Made by a program: the position numbers and the translations under genes | The notes under the pieces: model-generated | What the model saw: only the letters and a program-made list of their open reading frames with translations | What the model was told of the DNA's origin: nothing | The model's database searches: none | Part shown: positions 45,229 to 57,507 of the stretch, in pieces | How the letters are laid out: every line of letters starts with the position of its first letter | How positions within the stretch are numbered: the stretch's first letter is position 1 | Source of the DNA: Cyanophora paradoxa CCMP329 | Lineage: Eukaryota; Plantae; Glaucophyta | Assembly: GCA_004431415.1 (NCBI GenBank) | Contig: QPMI01000166.1 | Coordinates: forward strand, 1 to 64,000 | Reading direction: 5' to 3' | DNA: 64,000 nucleotides

Positions 45229-48200
45229 ATGGAGCTTAGCCAGTGCTCAGAGACTCCTCGGCTCGCGGGCCTGCCGGAGAAGGCGGAGCTGGACGTCGAG
45301 CTGCGCGAGATCTTCAAGATGTACGCGGCGATAGAGGCCGCCGACCCGCCCGCCTTCCTCCCGAAGATCGTGCGCCGCGCCTCCTCCCTCGTTCCCCGCT
45401 CTCTAACGTCGCGGCCTCAGCCCGACGAGCCGCGGATGGGCCCGCGCGCCTTCTCGTGCGCCGCCCTCGACCGCCGCCCCGCGAGCCGCGCGGCGGAGCG
45501 AGCGCCGCGCAGAGTGTTCGTGCGGGACGCGAAGCTGCTCGACAGCCGCACGACCCTCTCCGACGCGCGGGCGCGCCGCGCCGGCGCCCGCCCCGCCCCC
45601 CCGCCCCCCCCCGCTCACTGAGGCCCGCCCCGGCAGGCGGTGATATACGAGACCCTCAACAACCGCAAGACGGGTCCGCGGCCTCGTGTCCGCCCTCTGC
45701 GCCCCGCGCTCTCCCCCGACGCCCCGCACGCAGCCGGCGAGGCCGCGCGGGGGGACGGCCTCCGCTACGAGGACTGGCTCGAGGTGCGCCGGGGTATGCG
45801 CCCTCGCCGCCGGAGGGGTACGACGCCGCGTCGCTCTGCGCAGGCGCTGTGGATGTTCAGCGACCGGTTCGCGGGGCTGGCGCCGGTGGACGCGGCGGCG
45901 GCGCTGCTGGCGACGCACATCTCGGGGGCGCGGCGCTGGGCGCCGCCCCCCGCGGAGGCCGCCGACGGCGTCTGCGACCCCGAGCTCCAGAGCGTCCTCG
46001 AGGTCCGCCCCGCCCGAGCACCGCCCCACCGCCCCGGCCCCCGCCCCTCTGACGGGACCGGCGGGCAGGAGCACTGGCGGCCGCTGCAGCAGATCTTCGT
46101 CTTCTACGGGCGGCGCGCCCTCCCGCCCGGCGCCCGCCTCGCCTTCTCCGACGCCCTCGCCCGCGGCGCCGGCCCGCCCCGCCCCGCCCCGCCCCGCCCG
46201 CCCCGCCCCGCCGGCGCCTCACCCCGCCCCGCGCAGGCCTGAGCCTGCCCGAGTTCACCGAGTTCCTCACCGACTTCGGGCTCTGCCCGCCCCCGTCGAC
46301 GCCCGCGCCGCCGCCAAGGCCCGCCGCCGGCGCTCGCGCGGGGGAAGCCGGCCCCGCGCGCTGAGCGGCCCCCGCAGATCTTTGCGCGCGCGTGGGCCGC
46401 CAACACGCTGCCCCCGAGGACCCCGCGGTGCCCCAGGGCGGAGCAGGGCGTACGGCGCGCCCCCGACCGACGGGGCGGGGGCGCCGCAGGTGGGGAGATG
46501 CTCACCGCCCGCCCCTCCCTCGCCTCGCGCTTCGCGGGGACCCGTCGCCCCCTCCCGAGCAGCCCGCCGTGCGCCCGCCCGCCCGCCCGCCCCTCGCCTG
46601 CCCGTCACCCCGACCGCGCCCGACGCGACCGCCGGGGGGGCAGTCGGACCTGACGGGCACGGCGGCGACGGAGTCCGCCCAGGACGAGGCGCCCCCGGAG
46701 CCCTCCCCCGCCGAGGACCCGGCCGGCCCCGCCGTGCGCCCCCGGCCCCGCCCCGCATCCATTTTACCCCTCTAGCCCTCTCACTCCCACCAGGAGGGGG
46801 CCGAAGACCTCCCTCCCCCTTTGAACCTCGGGCGGGGCGAGCTGCCGGCGCCGCCCGCCGCCCGCCTGCACTACTCCGGTGCGCCCGTAACCGGCTCTCC
46901 CGGCTTTCCCTACCCGTCCACACGCGCGCGGCGTGACGATAGTTGGTTCTATCACTCGTTCCGACGGGGCGCCGCGGGCGGCCCCGCGCCGCCCCGGCGA
47001 GCCCTAGACCCGTGGGGCCCGAAGTGTTGCGCAGTAATCCGACCGCGCGCCGAAACGACCCGGCGCACCACCGGCGCGCGCCGGGGCGTGCTCGATGCGA
47101 GCCGACGGGGCGGGGCGGGGACAGCGTTCCTGGAGGCGCTGGCGGTGATCGCCCTGGAGCACTTCGGGGAGGCGCCGGCCGCGCCCTCCCCGCCCCCGCC
47201 GCCCCCGCCCGCCCCGGACTCCTTCGAGGTCCCGCCCCGCCCCGCCCGCCCGGCCCCGCCCGGCCCCGCCCCGCCCGGGGTCCTGCAGAGCGCCGGCGCA
47301 GGCCATGGCGATCGCCGCGAACCCCTTCGCCTCCCTCCCCCCCGCCGCCGTGCGCCCCCGCCGCCGATGGCCCCCGAGCCGCCGCGCGCCGCCCGACCCC
47401 CGGGCAGTCCCAGCCGCCCAAGCTGCCCCGCGTCGACTCCATCCCCAAGGCCCGTCCTGCCCGTCTCCCCCTCTGGGGCCGGTCTCGCGGCCGCCTCACG
47501 GGGCGCGCAGGGGCCGGCGGGGGCGAAGAAGCGGCTGGCGCGCGTGCGCGCCCTCATGCGCGTCCTCGACCTCCACTACGGCCCGCGGCGCGCCCCGCCC
47601 CCTCCGCCCGCCCTCCCCGACCCCCTCCTGACATCCTCCTTCGTCTCCTTTAGGTTCGGGGTGACGATGCAGGAGGAGATGCGGGGGGCGCCCCCGACGA
47701 AGCCCCGCCCCGCGCCCGTCATCCTCGAGCGGCGGCCGGGCCTCCTCAACGACGAGGAGGAGGCCGCCCTTCGCCGCATCTGGCTCATCTACAGGCGCCC
47801 GCATCACACCGGATCGCATCCGGGCGCGGCTCGGCCTGACGCCGCGCCCTTCCCGCAGCGCGGTGGGGGAGCGCCACGTCGACACGACCTCCTCCGTCCG
47901 GCCCGTGCCCCCGCGCAAGGTGCCCCTCCCCGAGTGCTGCCGCGCCGCCGCCCCGCCGACGGCACCGCCGGGCTCGCTCGCAGGGGGGGATGACGGCCTT
48001 CCAGTGGGCGCTCTTCGTGCGGAACTCGAGCCCCGGCGGCGAGGAGCTCTCCGACGGCGTTGCCGCCGAGGCCCGGCCCCGCCTCGCCTCGCCCCCCGCG
48101 CCGCCGCGGCTGAGGGGGCGGGGGCCGCAGCTGTTCGACCGGGCGGTGCGCTTCGGGGAGACTGTGGAGGGCCTCATGTACTTCACCGGCTTCAAGCGTG

Positions 48201-49737
48201 GCGTCCGCCTCCTCTCCAAGGCCCGCCCCCTCCCCTCTCCAGCGCCCCCGCCGGGCGCGACGGGGGCGCAGCTGCGGATGCGGCGGACGGAGACGCCGGA
48301 CGACGCCTACCGCGCCTACGTCGCCAAGCTCGTCCGCCGCGCCCACCAGGACCTCTTCGTCGCACGCCGCCCCGCCGCCTCCTCCTCCTCCCCCCGCCCC
48401 GCCCCGCCGCCTCCCTCCTCCTCCCCGGCTGACGTCGCGCCCCGTTGGCCTGCAGGTGCGGGCGAGGATCCGGGGCCCCGCGCCCAAGCGCGAGATCGAC
48501 CCGCTCGCCGCCGAGCTCGCCCGGGTGCGCGCCCCTGGGACTGGCCCCCCGGGGCCGCACGCGCCGCGCCTGAGGCGGGGGCGGGACGCAGATCACCCGC
48601 CGCGCCGTCCGCTCCCTCGACATCTTCTGCGGCCCCGTCCTCGTCGGCAGGCGCGCACCCCCCCGCGTCCTTCCCCGACCCGCCGCTCACGCACCGGCAG
48701 GGCCGACGACGCCCCGGGGCGGGTGCGGCAGCCGCCTCCGGTGGGGGGTACAGCCGGCTTCGCCTCCGCGGCCCGCATACAGGGGGACGCCCTTGCGCGC
48801 AAGCACCCGTGCGGCCCTGCCCCGGCGGAGCCCGCGCACCTTCCTCGACCCTCGCCCCTCGCGCCCCTCCCCGCAGGTTCCTCGACGTGTGGATGTTCGA
48901 GGATTTCGTGAAGGCGCGCGTACCGTGCACCGTGCCCCCCTCCCGGCCGACCGCGTACCCCCCGCAGGCGCGGCTGGAGGCGCACGTGGACCTCGCGGAG
49001 AGCTTCGACCACTTCGTCCGGCGCCTCCGGCGGGCGCGCCGCCCTCCCGCGCCCCGCGCCGCCCCCGCCCCGCACTGATCTCGAGGCAGGACGGGTTCGA
49101 CCTGGCGCCCTCGTGGGACCCCGAGACGCGCAAGCCCGTCGGGCGCTGCTGGCAGTGCGCCCGCCCGCCCCGCCCGCCCCGCTCGCGCTCGCTCTCTCCC
49201 GGGGCCGAGGGCTGCCGCGCGCAGCATCAAGGGCAAGGGCTCCCAGGGCCCCAGCACCCACGTCGCCACCCTCTTCGACTACCCCGGCCAGGTCCGTTCC
49301 CGTCCCGGAGGGAGCACCCCGGCTCCGGCGGCGCCTCAGGTACCCCGCGCGGCGGCAGTTCGGGACGCTGCGGTGGCAGGCGACGGACGGCTGCGCCGAG
49401 CACTCCGAGGCGCGCGCTCCGCCGCGTCCCGCGGCCGGCCGGCGCCGCCTCTGACGGGGGCCGCGCCCCGGCGCAGGTGTGCATGTGCGTGTACGAGGAG
49501 GGGGAGGAGGGCGGCGGCGCCTCCGCCCCGGGCCTCGACGGCGAGGAGGTACGCCCTCCGAGGGAGGCGAGAGGGTGCCCGGGGGCCCGCCTCACGGGGC
49601 GGGGGCAGGTGGAGCAGGGGCGGCTGGTGCTGGACCTGTACGGCTGCTTCTCAAAGGCGCGCACCGCCGCGCAGCTGCGGCACCGCCTCGCCAGCAAGGG
49701 CTTCTCCCTCGCCCCCGTCCTCTACACCCCGCACTAG
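45229..49737 (+). CDS. Uncharacterised protein with three degenerate p25-alpha (TPPP)/EF-hand-like helical repeats and an unrecognised C-terminal domain (could be two genes)
   Basis: LREIFKMYA..MGPRAF.VFVRDAKLLD..YEDWLEAL; LQQIFVFYG..LSLPEFTEFLTDF..FLEALAVIA; LRRIWLIY..MTAFQWALFVRNS..MYFTGFKRGV; ends SKGFSLAPVLYTPH*. Confidence 0.55.
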
Positions 49738-49840
49738 CGCCCGCCTGCGATCGCCCCAGCGCCCCGAACGGAAGCCAGATGAAAGAGACGTATCATGGAA
49801 GGGCGCTACTGCTGGACGTAGCAAGGAAGGGGCGCTCCTG

Positions 49841-51100
49841 CTAGACGGAGAGGGAGGCGCAGGAGAGCTCCTCCCGCGAGCTGCTCGAACCGCCCCCCGC
49901 GCTCGACCCGCCCGACTGCCGCCCCGGCGAGGGCCCCTGCGCGCCCCGCGCGTCAGGCGCCGGGGCGCGCGTCCGCGGGGCGTGCAGCGTCGCGTACCGC
50001 CGGTTGCCCCGACAGCCTCGCCCTCCTGCCGGAACCGGGGGGGCGCGGAGGGCTGCTGGGACCGGGAGGGCGCCCGCCGCCCGCGCCGCACCCAACCACA
50101 GCCATCGGATCCTGAGAAGAGCGGGGCCTGCAGAGGGACGATTACGAGGGGCGGGCGGGATGGGGGCGAGGGGCGGACGGTGCGGCGGCCTCGGCGGCGC
50201 CCTGGGAGCTCCCGGCGGAGGCCTGGTGGTCGGGGAGCGGAAGAAAGCCCCCGGCGTCCCGCGGCGGCGTGCTCGGCGCCTCGGGCTCCGCCGCCGGCCC
50301 CGCCCCGCGCTGCCGCTTGTCGGCCTCGGGGCCCGCATCGGCGTCGGGCGGCTCGGGCCGCGCGCGCTTGGCCGGCGTCTGCGGCGTGGGGGCGACCTCG
50401 CCGGAGCCGGCGGAGGAGCAGAGGAGCTCGCGGCCGCGGCCCTCCCACCAGTGGCACAGCGCCTCCTCGTCCGACAGCGCCGCGTCCGCCAGGCCGCAGC
50501 AGCGGCGCCAGTGCAGGCCCGGCAGGCACGACGCCGCCGACGCCCCGGCCGCCACCGCCGCTGCGTTTCGGTGCAGCTGTTGGAGCATTCCCGCCAGCGC
50601 GCGCTTCTCGTCGGCGACTTCGTCGCAGCCCCTCCCCGCCAGCTCGTCCGCGAGCGTCGCCGCCTGTTCTACCTGTTCGGCCAGGCCCGCTACGCGCTCC
50701 TGCAGGCCCGCGCGTGCCGCCACGACGCGCTGGGCGAGCTGCTGCAGCCGCTTCCTGCTCTCCGCCATCGCGTCGCCGAGGAGCGGCACGAGCGGAGTCG
50801 CGGTCGCGAGTTGTGAAGCCGGGAGGAGCGAGATGGAAGCAAGGGCCTGCAAGACGACCTGCGCAAGCGTGATAGGCTGTCGGAAACGAAAGGGAGATCG
50901 CGGAGCGTAGGCGGACGAACCCCGCCAGCAACGGTCTCTCGCTCGAAGCAACGGTCCAGAGCATCCAGCTGGGCACCAGTAAGTTCGAGTTCAATCAGCA
51001 GCCCCAGATCTCGCCGATGCTTGATTCTCCGCAGCAGCGGCGCCGGTAGACCGAGCGCAGCCGAGAAAGTTGCGGCCGCTCGGCATGACGATTCCGCCAT
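49841..51100 (-). CDS. Hypothetical protein with central coiled coil
   Basis: ATG 51100 MAESSCRAAATFSAALGL; long coding-like exon (AMAESRKRLQQLAQRVV...EEALCHWWEG); 3' exons approximate. Confidence 0.5.
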
Positions 51101-51420
51101 GCGCCCCGCCGCGGTGTCGAGCCACGCGAGCTATGCCACGGTGAGCCCACTGCCGCACGCGAGCGGCCGCGGACGTCGACTGGACGATCGGTTGCCGCGC
51201 CGGCTTCTCTACCCCCCGGCGCCTGGCCGCCGTGGCCGGCGGTGGCCGCCGTGTGGCCGGCGGTGGCCGCACTGGCCGGCAGTGACCGCAGCGACCGGGC
51301 ATGCAGAGGCAGCTATAGCTATAGCGTGCTGCGTCGAGAATAATATGAACCGAATAAAAACGCGCGTGAGCCTACAGCAGCACGAAGATAACAAAAAGCA
51401 GAGCGCGGGCAGCGCGCGGC

Positions 51421-51836
51421 CTACTTCGCTCTGGACCGCTTCGCCCTCCCTTTCGTCGGCTTGGCGGTGTCCACAACCTCCTCCGCCTCCTCCGCCGCCG
51501 CAGCGGCGGCGGCGCTGCTCACCGCTGCCGCAGCCACCGCCGCCGCCCGCGCCCCCCGCTTCTTCGTCGTTTGCGCCGGTGGGGCCGCTGCCGCTGCCGG
51601 CGTCTGTGCTGATGATGACGAGCCGGAGGCGGCACCTCGCCCGCCTTGCGCCGGAGATTGGGGAGGGCCTTCGCCGCCCGCGTTCCCCCCCTGCCTCTGC
51701 GGCAGGGGCTCCGGGGGTGGCAGATCGCTCTGCCTCTCGATGCCCTGAGCCGCCTGGCTCCGCAGGTAGCAATCTGCCGACCGGCCCAGTGAGCGACGGC
51801 GGGCGCCCCGGGAGGTATAACCGGGCCGTCTGCCAT
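51421..51836 (-). CDS. Small low-complexity Ala/Lys-rich hypothetical protein
   Basis: ATG 51836, intron-like GTTATA..CTCAC..CAG; terminal frame ...AQTTKKRGARAAAV...EEAEEVVDTAKPTKGRAKRSRAK*; frame junction not clean. Confidence 0.35.
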
Positions 51837-52107
51837 GTTGATGCTCGCGGCCTTGTTCTGGTGCGGTTTCACAGATACGTCGTTTTGAAGTCTATCAGCG
51901 GCTTCTCCGCGCTCGAGCTGCTCGAATTCGGCGTGAAGCGCCGAGTGTGACTGTACCCCCCTAAACAACAGCGATTGCCGGAACTTGAGCGAAGCCGAAG
52001 GTGCTGCACGCCTGCAGGCAGATTCAAGAGCCAGCAGCCGAACCCTAGCTGCACGCGCTTCGCGAGCCATCCGGAGCGCGGACCGTGCGGCCTTGCAGGC
52101 GACGGAG

Positions 52108-53665
52108 ATGTACGTCGATCGTTCTGGGGAGCTCGCCGAGTGCGTGCAGGCGCGGCGGAAGACGAAGGGCGACAAGCGGCCGGCGTCCGAGATCCTCCGC
52201 AGCCGCCGGCGCACGCTCTTCGTCAGCTTCTCGCAGGATGTGGTGCGCTCGCCGACCGCAGCGTCTCCGTGGCGCTCCAAGCGCCCGCCGACCGCCACCG
52301 GCCCGCAGATGAAGAAGGTGGACCTGGCCGGCGAGTGCGTCCAGGGCTACGAGCGGGAGGTCCAGCAGGCACGGCAAGCGGCCCTCAAGTCGCTGGCGTT
52401 CGCGACGGCGCAGGAAAAGGCGCGGCGCGAACAGGAGCTGGACGCGCTCGAGAACGACACGCGGGCGCTCCTTGGTCAGTGCATGCAGCTCATCGAGAAG
52501 CTGAAGGGGAACGTCGAGGTCCTCGGTCCGCGCCTTCCCGCGCCTGCCGCACCGCTGCCGCCGACGGCGCCCAGGGAACGAGCTGGAGGAGGGGATGGCG
52601 GAGGCGGCGGGCGCGAAGCCGCGGAAGGCGTCCAAGCCGGTGCCAATGAACCCGACGGCCCTCGCGCACCGGTGGGGGAGCCTCGCGCCGCGCGGGACGC
52701 TCGCCGCCGACGCGAAACGGGGCGGGGCAGCTACGGCGTGGTGATGTACATCCACGAGCGGCTGCAGGCGCTGACGCGCTCGTTCGAGCGCGCCCGCGCC
52801 GCCCGCCTCGAGGCGATCGCCTCCTCCAGCAGGAGGAGGTGCGCCGCCGCCGCCGGGCTCCGCTCACGCGCCTGACCCCGGCGGAGGCACGCGACGAGGG
52901 GCGAGGAGTCGGCGGCCGTCTGGAAGGCGCTGGGCGCCGGGGGCGCCGAGAAAGGCGGGGCGGCGGCGGCGGCGGCGGAGGTGGCGGCGGCCGAGGAGGA
53001 GGCGCGGCGGGCGCGGGAGTTCGAGGCGAGCCTCTCGGCGGAGCAGCGGCGGGAGCTCCAGGAGGAGAACGTTCGCCTCTTCCACGACTTCACGTCCCTC
53101 AACGACCAGGCGCGGGCGTACCCCCCCCCCGCCCCGCGTGCGGCGGTGACCCCCCTCTCGCCCGCGCAGGTGCGGGAGGCGGAGCGGAAGGTGACGGACA
53201 TCGCGCGCCTCCAGCGGCTCTTCGGCGCCGAGGTCGCCCGCCAGGCTCGCCCCTACCCCGCACCCGCTCCCCCCCTTTTTTTTCCCCGCGCGCCTCACAC
53301 CCTGTCAGGCGGGGGACATCGAGCGGCTTTACGAGGAGGCGGTGGCGACCTGCGAGGACCTCGGCCGGGTGCGCGCAGCCCGGCCGGCTTCCTGCCTTCG
53401 GGCCGCCGACGGGGGCGGGCGGGGGCAGGGGAACAGGGAGCTGAAGAAGGCGTCGGAGCGGGGCGCGCTGGACCTGCGGTGCGCGGGCCCCGCGGGGGGG
53501 CGGCGGCGGCCTCCCTCGGCCCACGCGCGCCCCGCAGGGCCATCGTCGTCTTCTTCATCCTCGTCATGTCCTTCGCCCTCCTCTTCCTCGACTGGGTCCG
53601 CCCCCGGCCCCGCCTCCCCGCCCGCCCGCCTAACGCGTGACGTGCGCGCGCAGTACAACGGCTGA
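52108..53665 (+). CDS. STX18: Syntaxin-18 / Ufe1 / SYP81 (ER Qa-SNARE)
   Basis: MYVDRSGEL; GVVMYIHERLQAL; ELQEEN; SNARE VREAERKVTDIARLQRLFGAEVARQAGDIERLYEEA..GNRELKKA; TM FFILVMSFALLFLDWYNG*. Confidence 0.92.
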
Positions 53666-53931
53666 GCTCGAGGGGCGCGCGCCCCTCGCTCTCCAGGCCC
53701 TCCTCTTTCCACGGCCGGCCGCGCATCGCGTGGCCGGCGCCATGTCGACGTGCCCCTCTCCCGCCCCGCCTCGAGCATGTGTTCTTCCGCTGGGGAGCGG
53801 CGGGCGCGCTCGGCCCATCTACCGTCCGCCCGCACGACGGCGCCCCCTGCGGATCCCCGCGAGCCCCATCCAACGCAGGCCTCTCTGCTGCAAGCTCCAG
53901 CGTGCGAGTGCTGTCCGGAAAGAACCTGCTG

Positions 53932-55897
53932 CTAGGCGAAGGGGAGGAAGCTAACAGAGCCGTTGGACCAGGCGAGGGCGAGGAGGGCGGAGGCCTTGAC
54001 GCCGGCCGAGGCGAAGGCGAGCTCCTGTAGCTCCCCCCGCCCGCCGGCCGCCAGCGGCGCCGCCCCGCTGCCGCGGGGTCAGAGGGGGGTCGAGGGGGCC
54101 GGGGGGGGGGGCGGGGGGGCGCGCATGGGGAGGAAGTCGGTGAAGGGCTGGGGCGAGGAGACGGAGAAGAGAGCGAGGCGGCGGGAGCCGGCCCCCTCGA
54201 AGGCCAGCGCCACCCGCTCCCCGCGCCCGTCCGCCGCCGCCAGCCGCACCGCGCCCCCGACCCTGCCCGCCCCCGCCTCGGCCCCGCACCCGCACCGTCG
54301 CGGCGGCCGCGCGACGGGGGCGCACGTTCGGATCTCTCCGGAGCGCGTTTGGATGGGCGCCTCGCCGCAGTAGTCGTCGCGGCCCATGCGGACCACTGGC
54401 AGGCGGTCAGGGGCGGGCCGGCGACGGCAGGGCGGGGAGGACGGGGCACCGACGCCCGAAGGGGCCCGCGAGAACTGGGGCGGGTGGTAAGGGCGCGCAG
54501 GGGGTTCCGGGGAGCCACGCCGCACCGACATGGAGTGCAGGGTGACGCCGGCGGCGAGGACGACGGTCTTGCCACCCGCCGTCCACATCGCGGAGGTGGC
54601 GGGCGCCGGGAGAGAGATCGACTCGGAGAGCCACGAGACGCACTCCCAGACGCGCACGGTGCCGTCCCTGGCGCTGCGTGAGGCGCGGGGAGAGAGGGGC
54701 GGGCGCGCGCGGGGCTGGAACGCGCGACGGGCGCACGAGAAGGCGGCGAGGAGGAACTCGGCGCCCGGGGCCCAGGAGACGAGGGTGGCGCCCGGGCCGG
54801 CGAGGAGCAGGCGGCGGAGGGCGGTGCCGCGCCCCTCGGCGACGTCCCAGAGCACGACGCTGCCGTCCGCCGCGCTCGCCGTCGCCAGCTGCCACTCGCC
54901 CGTCGGGCACCACGCCAGCGACGTCACCGGCGCCGCCGTCGGCAGCAGCGCCGCCAGGCCGGCCGAGGGCGCCGGCGTCGCCCGCCCCCCGTCCGCCGTT
55001 GGCACGATCTTGCCGAAGCCCTGCGACGCCGGCTTGCCCGGCCCCCCCGCCGACGGGAAGGCGTGCTGGAGGTCCACGCGCCAGACGCAGGCCCCGTCCC
55101 TGCGCGCCCGCCCATCACCCAGCGAGCGAGCCGACGGCCCCTCGCGCGGCGCACCGCGTGCCGGCGGCGATGTAGTTGCCGAGGGGCTTCCACGCGAGGC
55201 AGCGGACCTCCAGCTGCCGCTCGTGCTTCAAGTGCGCCGGCGATGGCTCTGCGGTGCGCGGGGTCGGCGGCGGAGCGGGGCGCGCGCGCGCGCGCGCGCT
55301 TTGGGACGCACGGCCTCCGGGGAGCCGGTAGAGCCGGATCTCGTCCGCGCATGTAGCCAGCGCGAGGATCGGCTGGTTGCAGTGCCACGCGAGCGCCCTC
55401 ACCCCGGAGGCCCGAGCGGGGGGAAGCGACCTCCGCAACAAAGACGAGAACAGCGCGCTGGCGGTGCCTGCCACACGACCCCACACAGATGCGTCTGCGG
55501 GCGGAACCGTGGACCGCTGCGCCTCGTCCGCTGCTTCCGCCGGGACGGGCGCTTCCGACGGCGCGTCTGCCTGCGATGCTGGCGGCAGCGGCCGCTTGAA
55601 CGGGCTTGGCGCATCCGAGGCGGCGACGCCCAGCTTCTCGGCGCCTGCTTGCCTCACGACGAAGTCCAGCACGCCGCGCGTCCCGCGGAGCGCAGGCTTG
55701 ATCGATGACGCTGATGATGATGATGCGCTCGCGGTCGCCGCCCGGTCTCTCGCCGGCACAATGTCCTGAATGCGCTCCACGCCGGCCAGCAGCGACGCAT
55801 CCTGGTCCGCTGTGATCAGCCGGCCCGCGCGCTCCACCACGACGTCTGCATCATCATCCGGCTGCAGCTCGTCCGCGAACCGCGCGGACAGCGCCAT
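53932..55897 (-). CDS. AAAS: Aladin, WD40 nucleoporin
   Basis: VRALAWH, LKHERQLEVRCLAWKP, PVTSLAWCP.G..LATAS....VVLWDV..G.GTALRR, LVSWAPG.EFL, VRVWE...W, GGAVR....D.RGERVAL.F, LALAWSNG.VSFLPF*. Confidence 0.88.
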
Positions 55898-56009
55898 CGA
55901 ACGTTGGGGCGACGACGACGAGGAGGAACTGCGTACCCCGACTTCGAACTTCAACTCAGCGATGAGGCGGGGCGGTTTCGGCGATCCACGAGGCTCCGAC
56001 TCACCCATC

Positions 56010-57281
56010 ATGCGAGGCGGGTGCGTTCCTTCGAATCCGCCCTACTCAGTCGTTCTTTGTGCAATCCGCCAGCGCTCTCAACGTGTGCATGGCTGCAGGT
56101 TCGACGATCGCCGCGGGTTCTCCGATGCACCACGAAGAGATTTCAGCGACGCGCCGCCCCCGCGGCGGCGCGAAGGAGAGTCAGATGCGCCAACGCCCCG
56201 GCGGGACTTCAGCGACGCTCCGCCTCCGAGGAGAGATTTCTCTGAAGCATCAACGCCCAGGAGGGATTTCGGAGACGCCCCACCGCCGCGGCGAGAGTCC
56301 AACTTCTCGGACGCGCCGCCAGCGCGGGGCTTCAGCGATGGCCCACAGCCCCCGTCGCGGGGCTTCAGCGATGGCCCGCAGCCCCCGTCGCGGGGCTTTA
56401 GCGACGGACCACCGCCAGCGCGAGGGTTCTCGGACGGGCCTCCTGGAGGGACAATGGGCCTTCCGAGGAGTTACTCAGACGGGCCCTCGCCGGGCATGTC
56501 GCCGGGCATGTCGCCGCGAGGGCCGCACTTCAGCGGGATGGTGTCGCCGATGGCGGGCCGCGGAATGATGGCGGGCCAGCAGTCGCCCTTCATGGCGCAC
56601 CCGGGCGGCCTGCAGCAGATGCAGCAGATGCAGCAAATGCAGCAGATGATGGCGACCCCCATGAAGTTCGCGCCGAACTTTATGCCGCCCTTCGTCCCGC
56701 TTGGCGCGATGGCGGAGTCAGCCCTCGCTCTGGCCGCAGGCCTGGATCCCGAGCTGCTGCGGCAGGCCGCGCTGCAGGCGGCCTCCTCCGTCGTCCGCAC
56801 GCCCCGCGCCGACGGCATGGGCATCCACCGCTCCCCGTCCCCTCCGCATCAGGTGAGGGGACCCCACGCCCGCGCGGCGCGCACTGCCGACCGCCGTGCA
56901 GCTCCCGGTCACGACGAGCATAAACGAGACGTTCGCGAAGTTCGAGCTGCCGCAGGCCCTCGTCGCCACGGGCGCCTGGGCCGAGGCGGACACCCTCGAG
57001 AAGAAGGTCCGCGCGCTCCTCGCCGTGCGCGCGGGCCGGCCCGCCGACCGGCCCCGCAGCTGCACCGGGTGCAGGAGGACGTCCGCCAGTCCCGCAAGCG
57101 GGACGAGGAGAAGCGCGTGGACGCCGACAAGGCCGCATTCAAGGCTTCTCTGGTGCCCCCACCCAGCCCCGCCCTGCGCTCGCTGGCGGCCGCGCCTTAC
57201 GTCGCTCCGCAGGCGCGGCGCGCGCTGGACGACGCCAACGCGCAGCTGGAGGCGTGCAGACGCGCCCTGGCGGTGGAGTAG
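56010..57281 (+). CDS. Uncharacterised protein with about 12 R(G/D)FSD(A/G)P repeats, Q/M-rich linker and C-terminal coiled coil
   Basis: ATG CGA GGC GG|intron|G TTC gives MRGGFDDRRGFSDAP...; QQMQQMQQMQQMM; LEKKLHRVQED...LEACRRALAVE*. Confidence 0.7.
   Translation: MRGGCVPSNPPYSVVLCAIRQRSQRVHGCRFDDRRGFSDAPRRDFSDAPPPRRREGESDAPTPRRDFSDAPPPRRDFSEASTPRRDFGDAPPPRRESNFSDAPPARGFSDGPQPPSRGFSDGPQPPSRGFSDGPPPARGFSDGPPGGTMGLPRSYSDGPSPGMSPGMSPRGPHFSGMVSPMAGRGMMAGQQSPFMAHPGGLQQMQQMQQMQQMMATPMKFAPNFMPPFVPLGAMAESALALAAGLDPELLRQAALQAASSVVRTPRADGMGIHRSPSPPHQVRGPHARAARTADRRAAPGHDEHKRDVREVRAAAGPRRHGRLGRGGHPREEGPRAPRRARGPARRPAPQLHRVQEDVRQSRKRDEEKRVDADKAAFKASLVPPPSPALRSLAAAPYVAPQARRALDDANAQLEACRRALAVE
56323..56410 (+). 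repeat. 33-bp coding tandem repeat (RGFSDGPQPPS), two near-identical copies plus a degenerate third
   Basis: CGCGGGGCTTCAGCGATGGCCC(A/G)CAGCCCCCGT at 56323 and 56356. Confidence 0.88.
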
Positions 57282-57507
57282 CCGCGCAGCCGGAGCGCGA
57301 TCTCCCACCCTCGGACTCCCCTCAGCTCGCATTCCTCCCCCAAGCCCGCCTTTCCCGCATGCAGACACCCTACCCTCGTTTACGTAGCTAGAGACAATCT
57401 TGCAGATTAATGCGACTGTTCAGGCGACCTCCTTGACTTCGATAGGAAGCTTAGCTGAGCTGGGCTGGAGGGTGGGGCAGGGCCCGATGCTCCGGCCGCA
57501 TCGGATC

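Noticed and set aside
56100-56445. Repeats with variable spacing resembling a CRISPR array
   Set aside because: They are in-frame degenerate coding repeats in a spliced eukaryotic gene, with no constant repeat/unique spacer structure and no cas genes.
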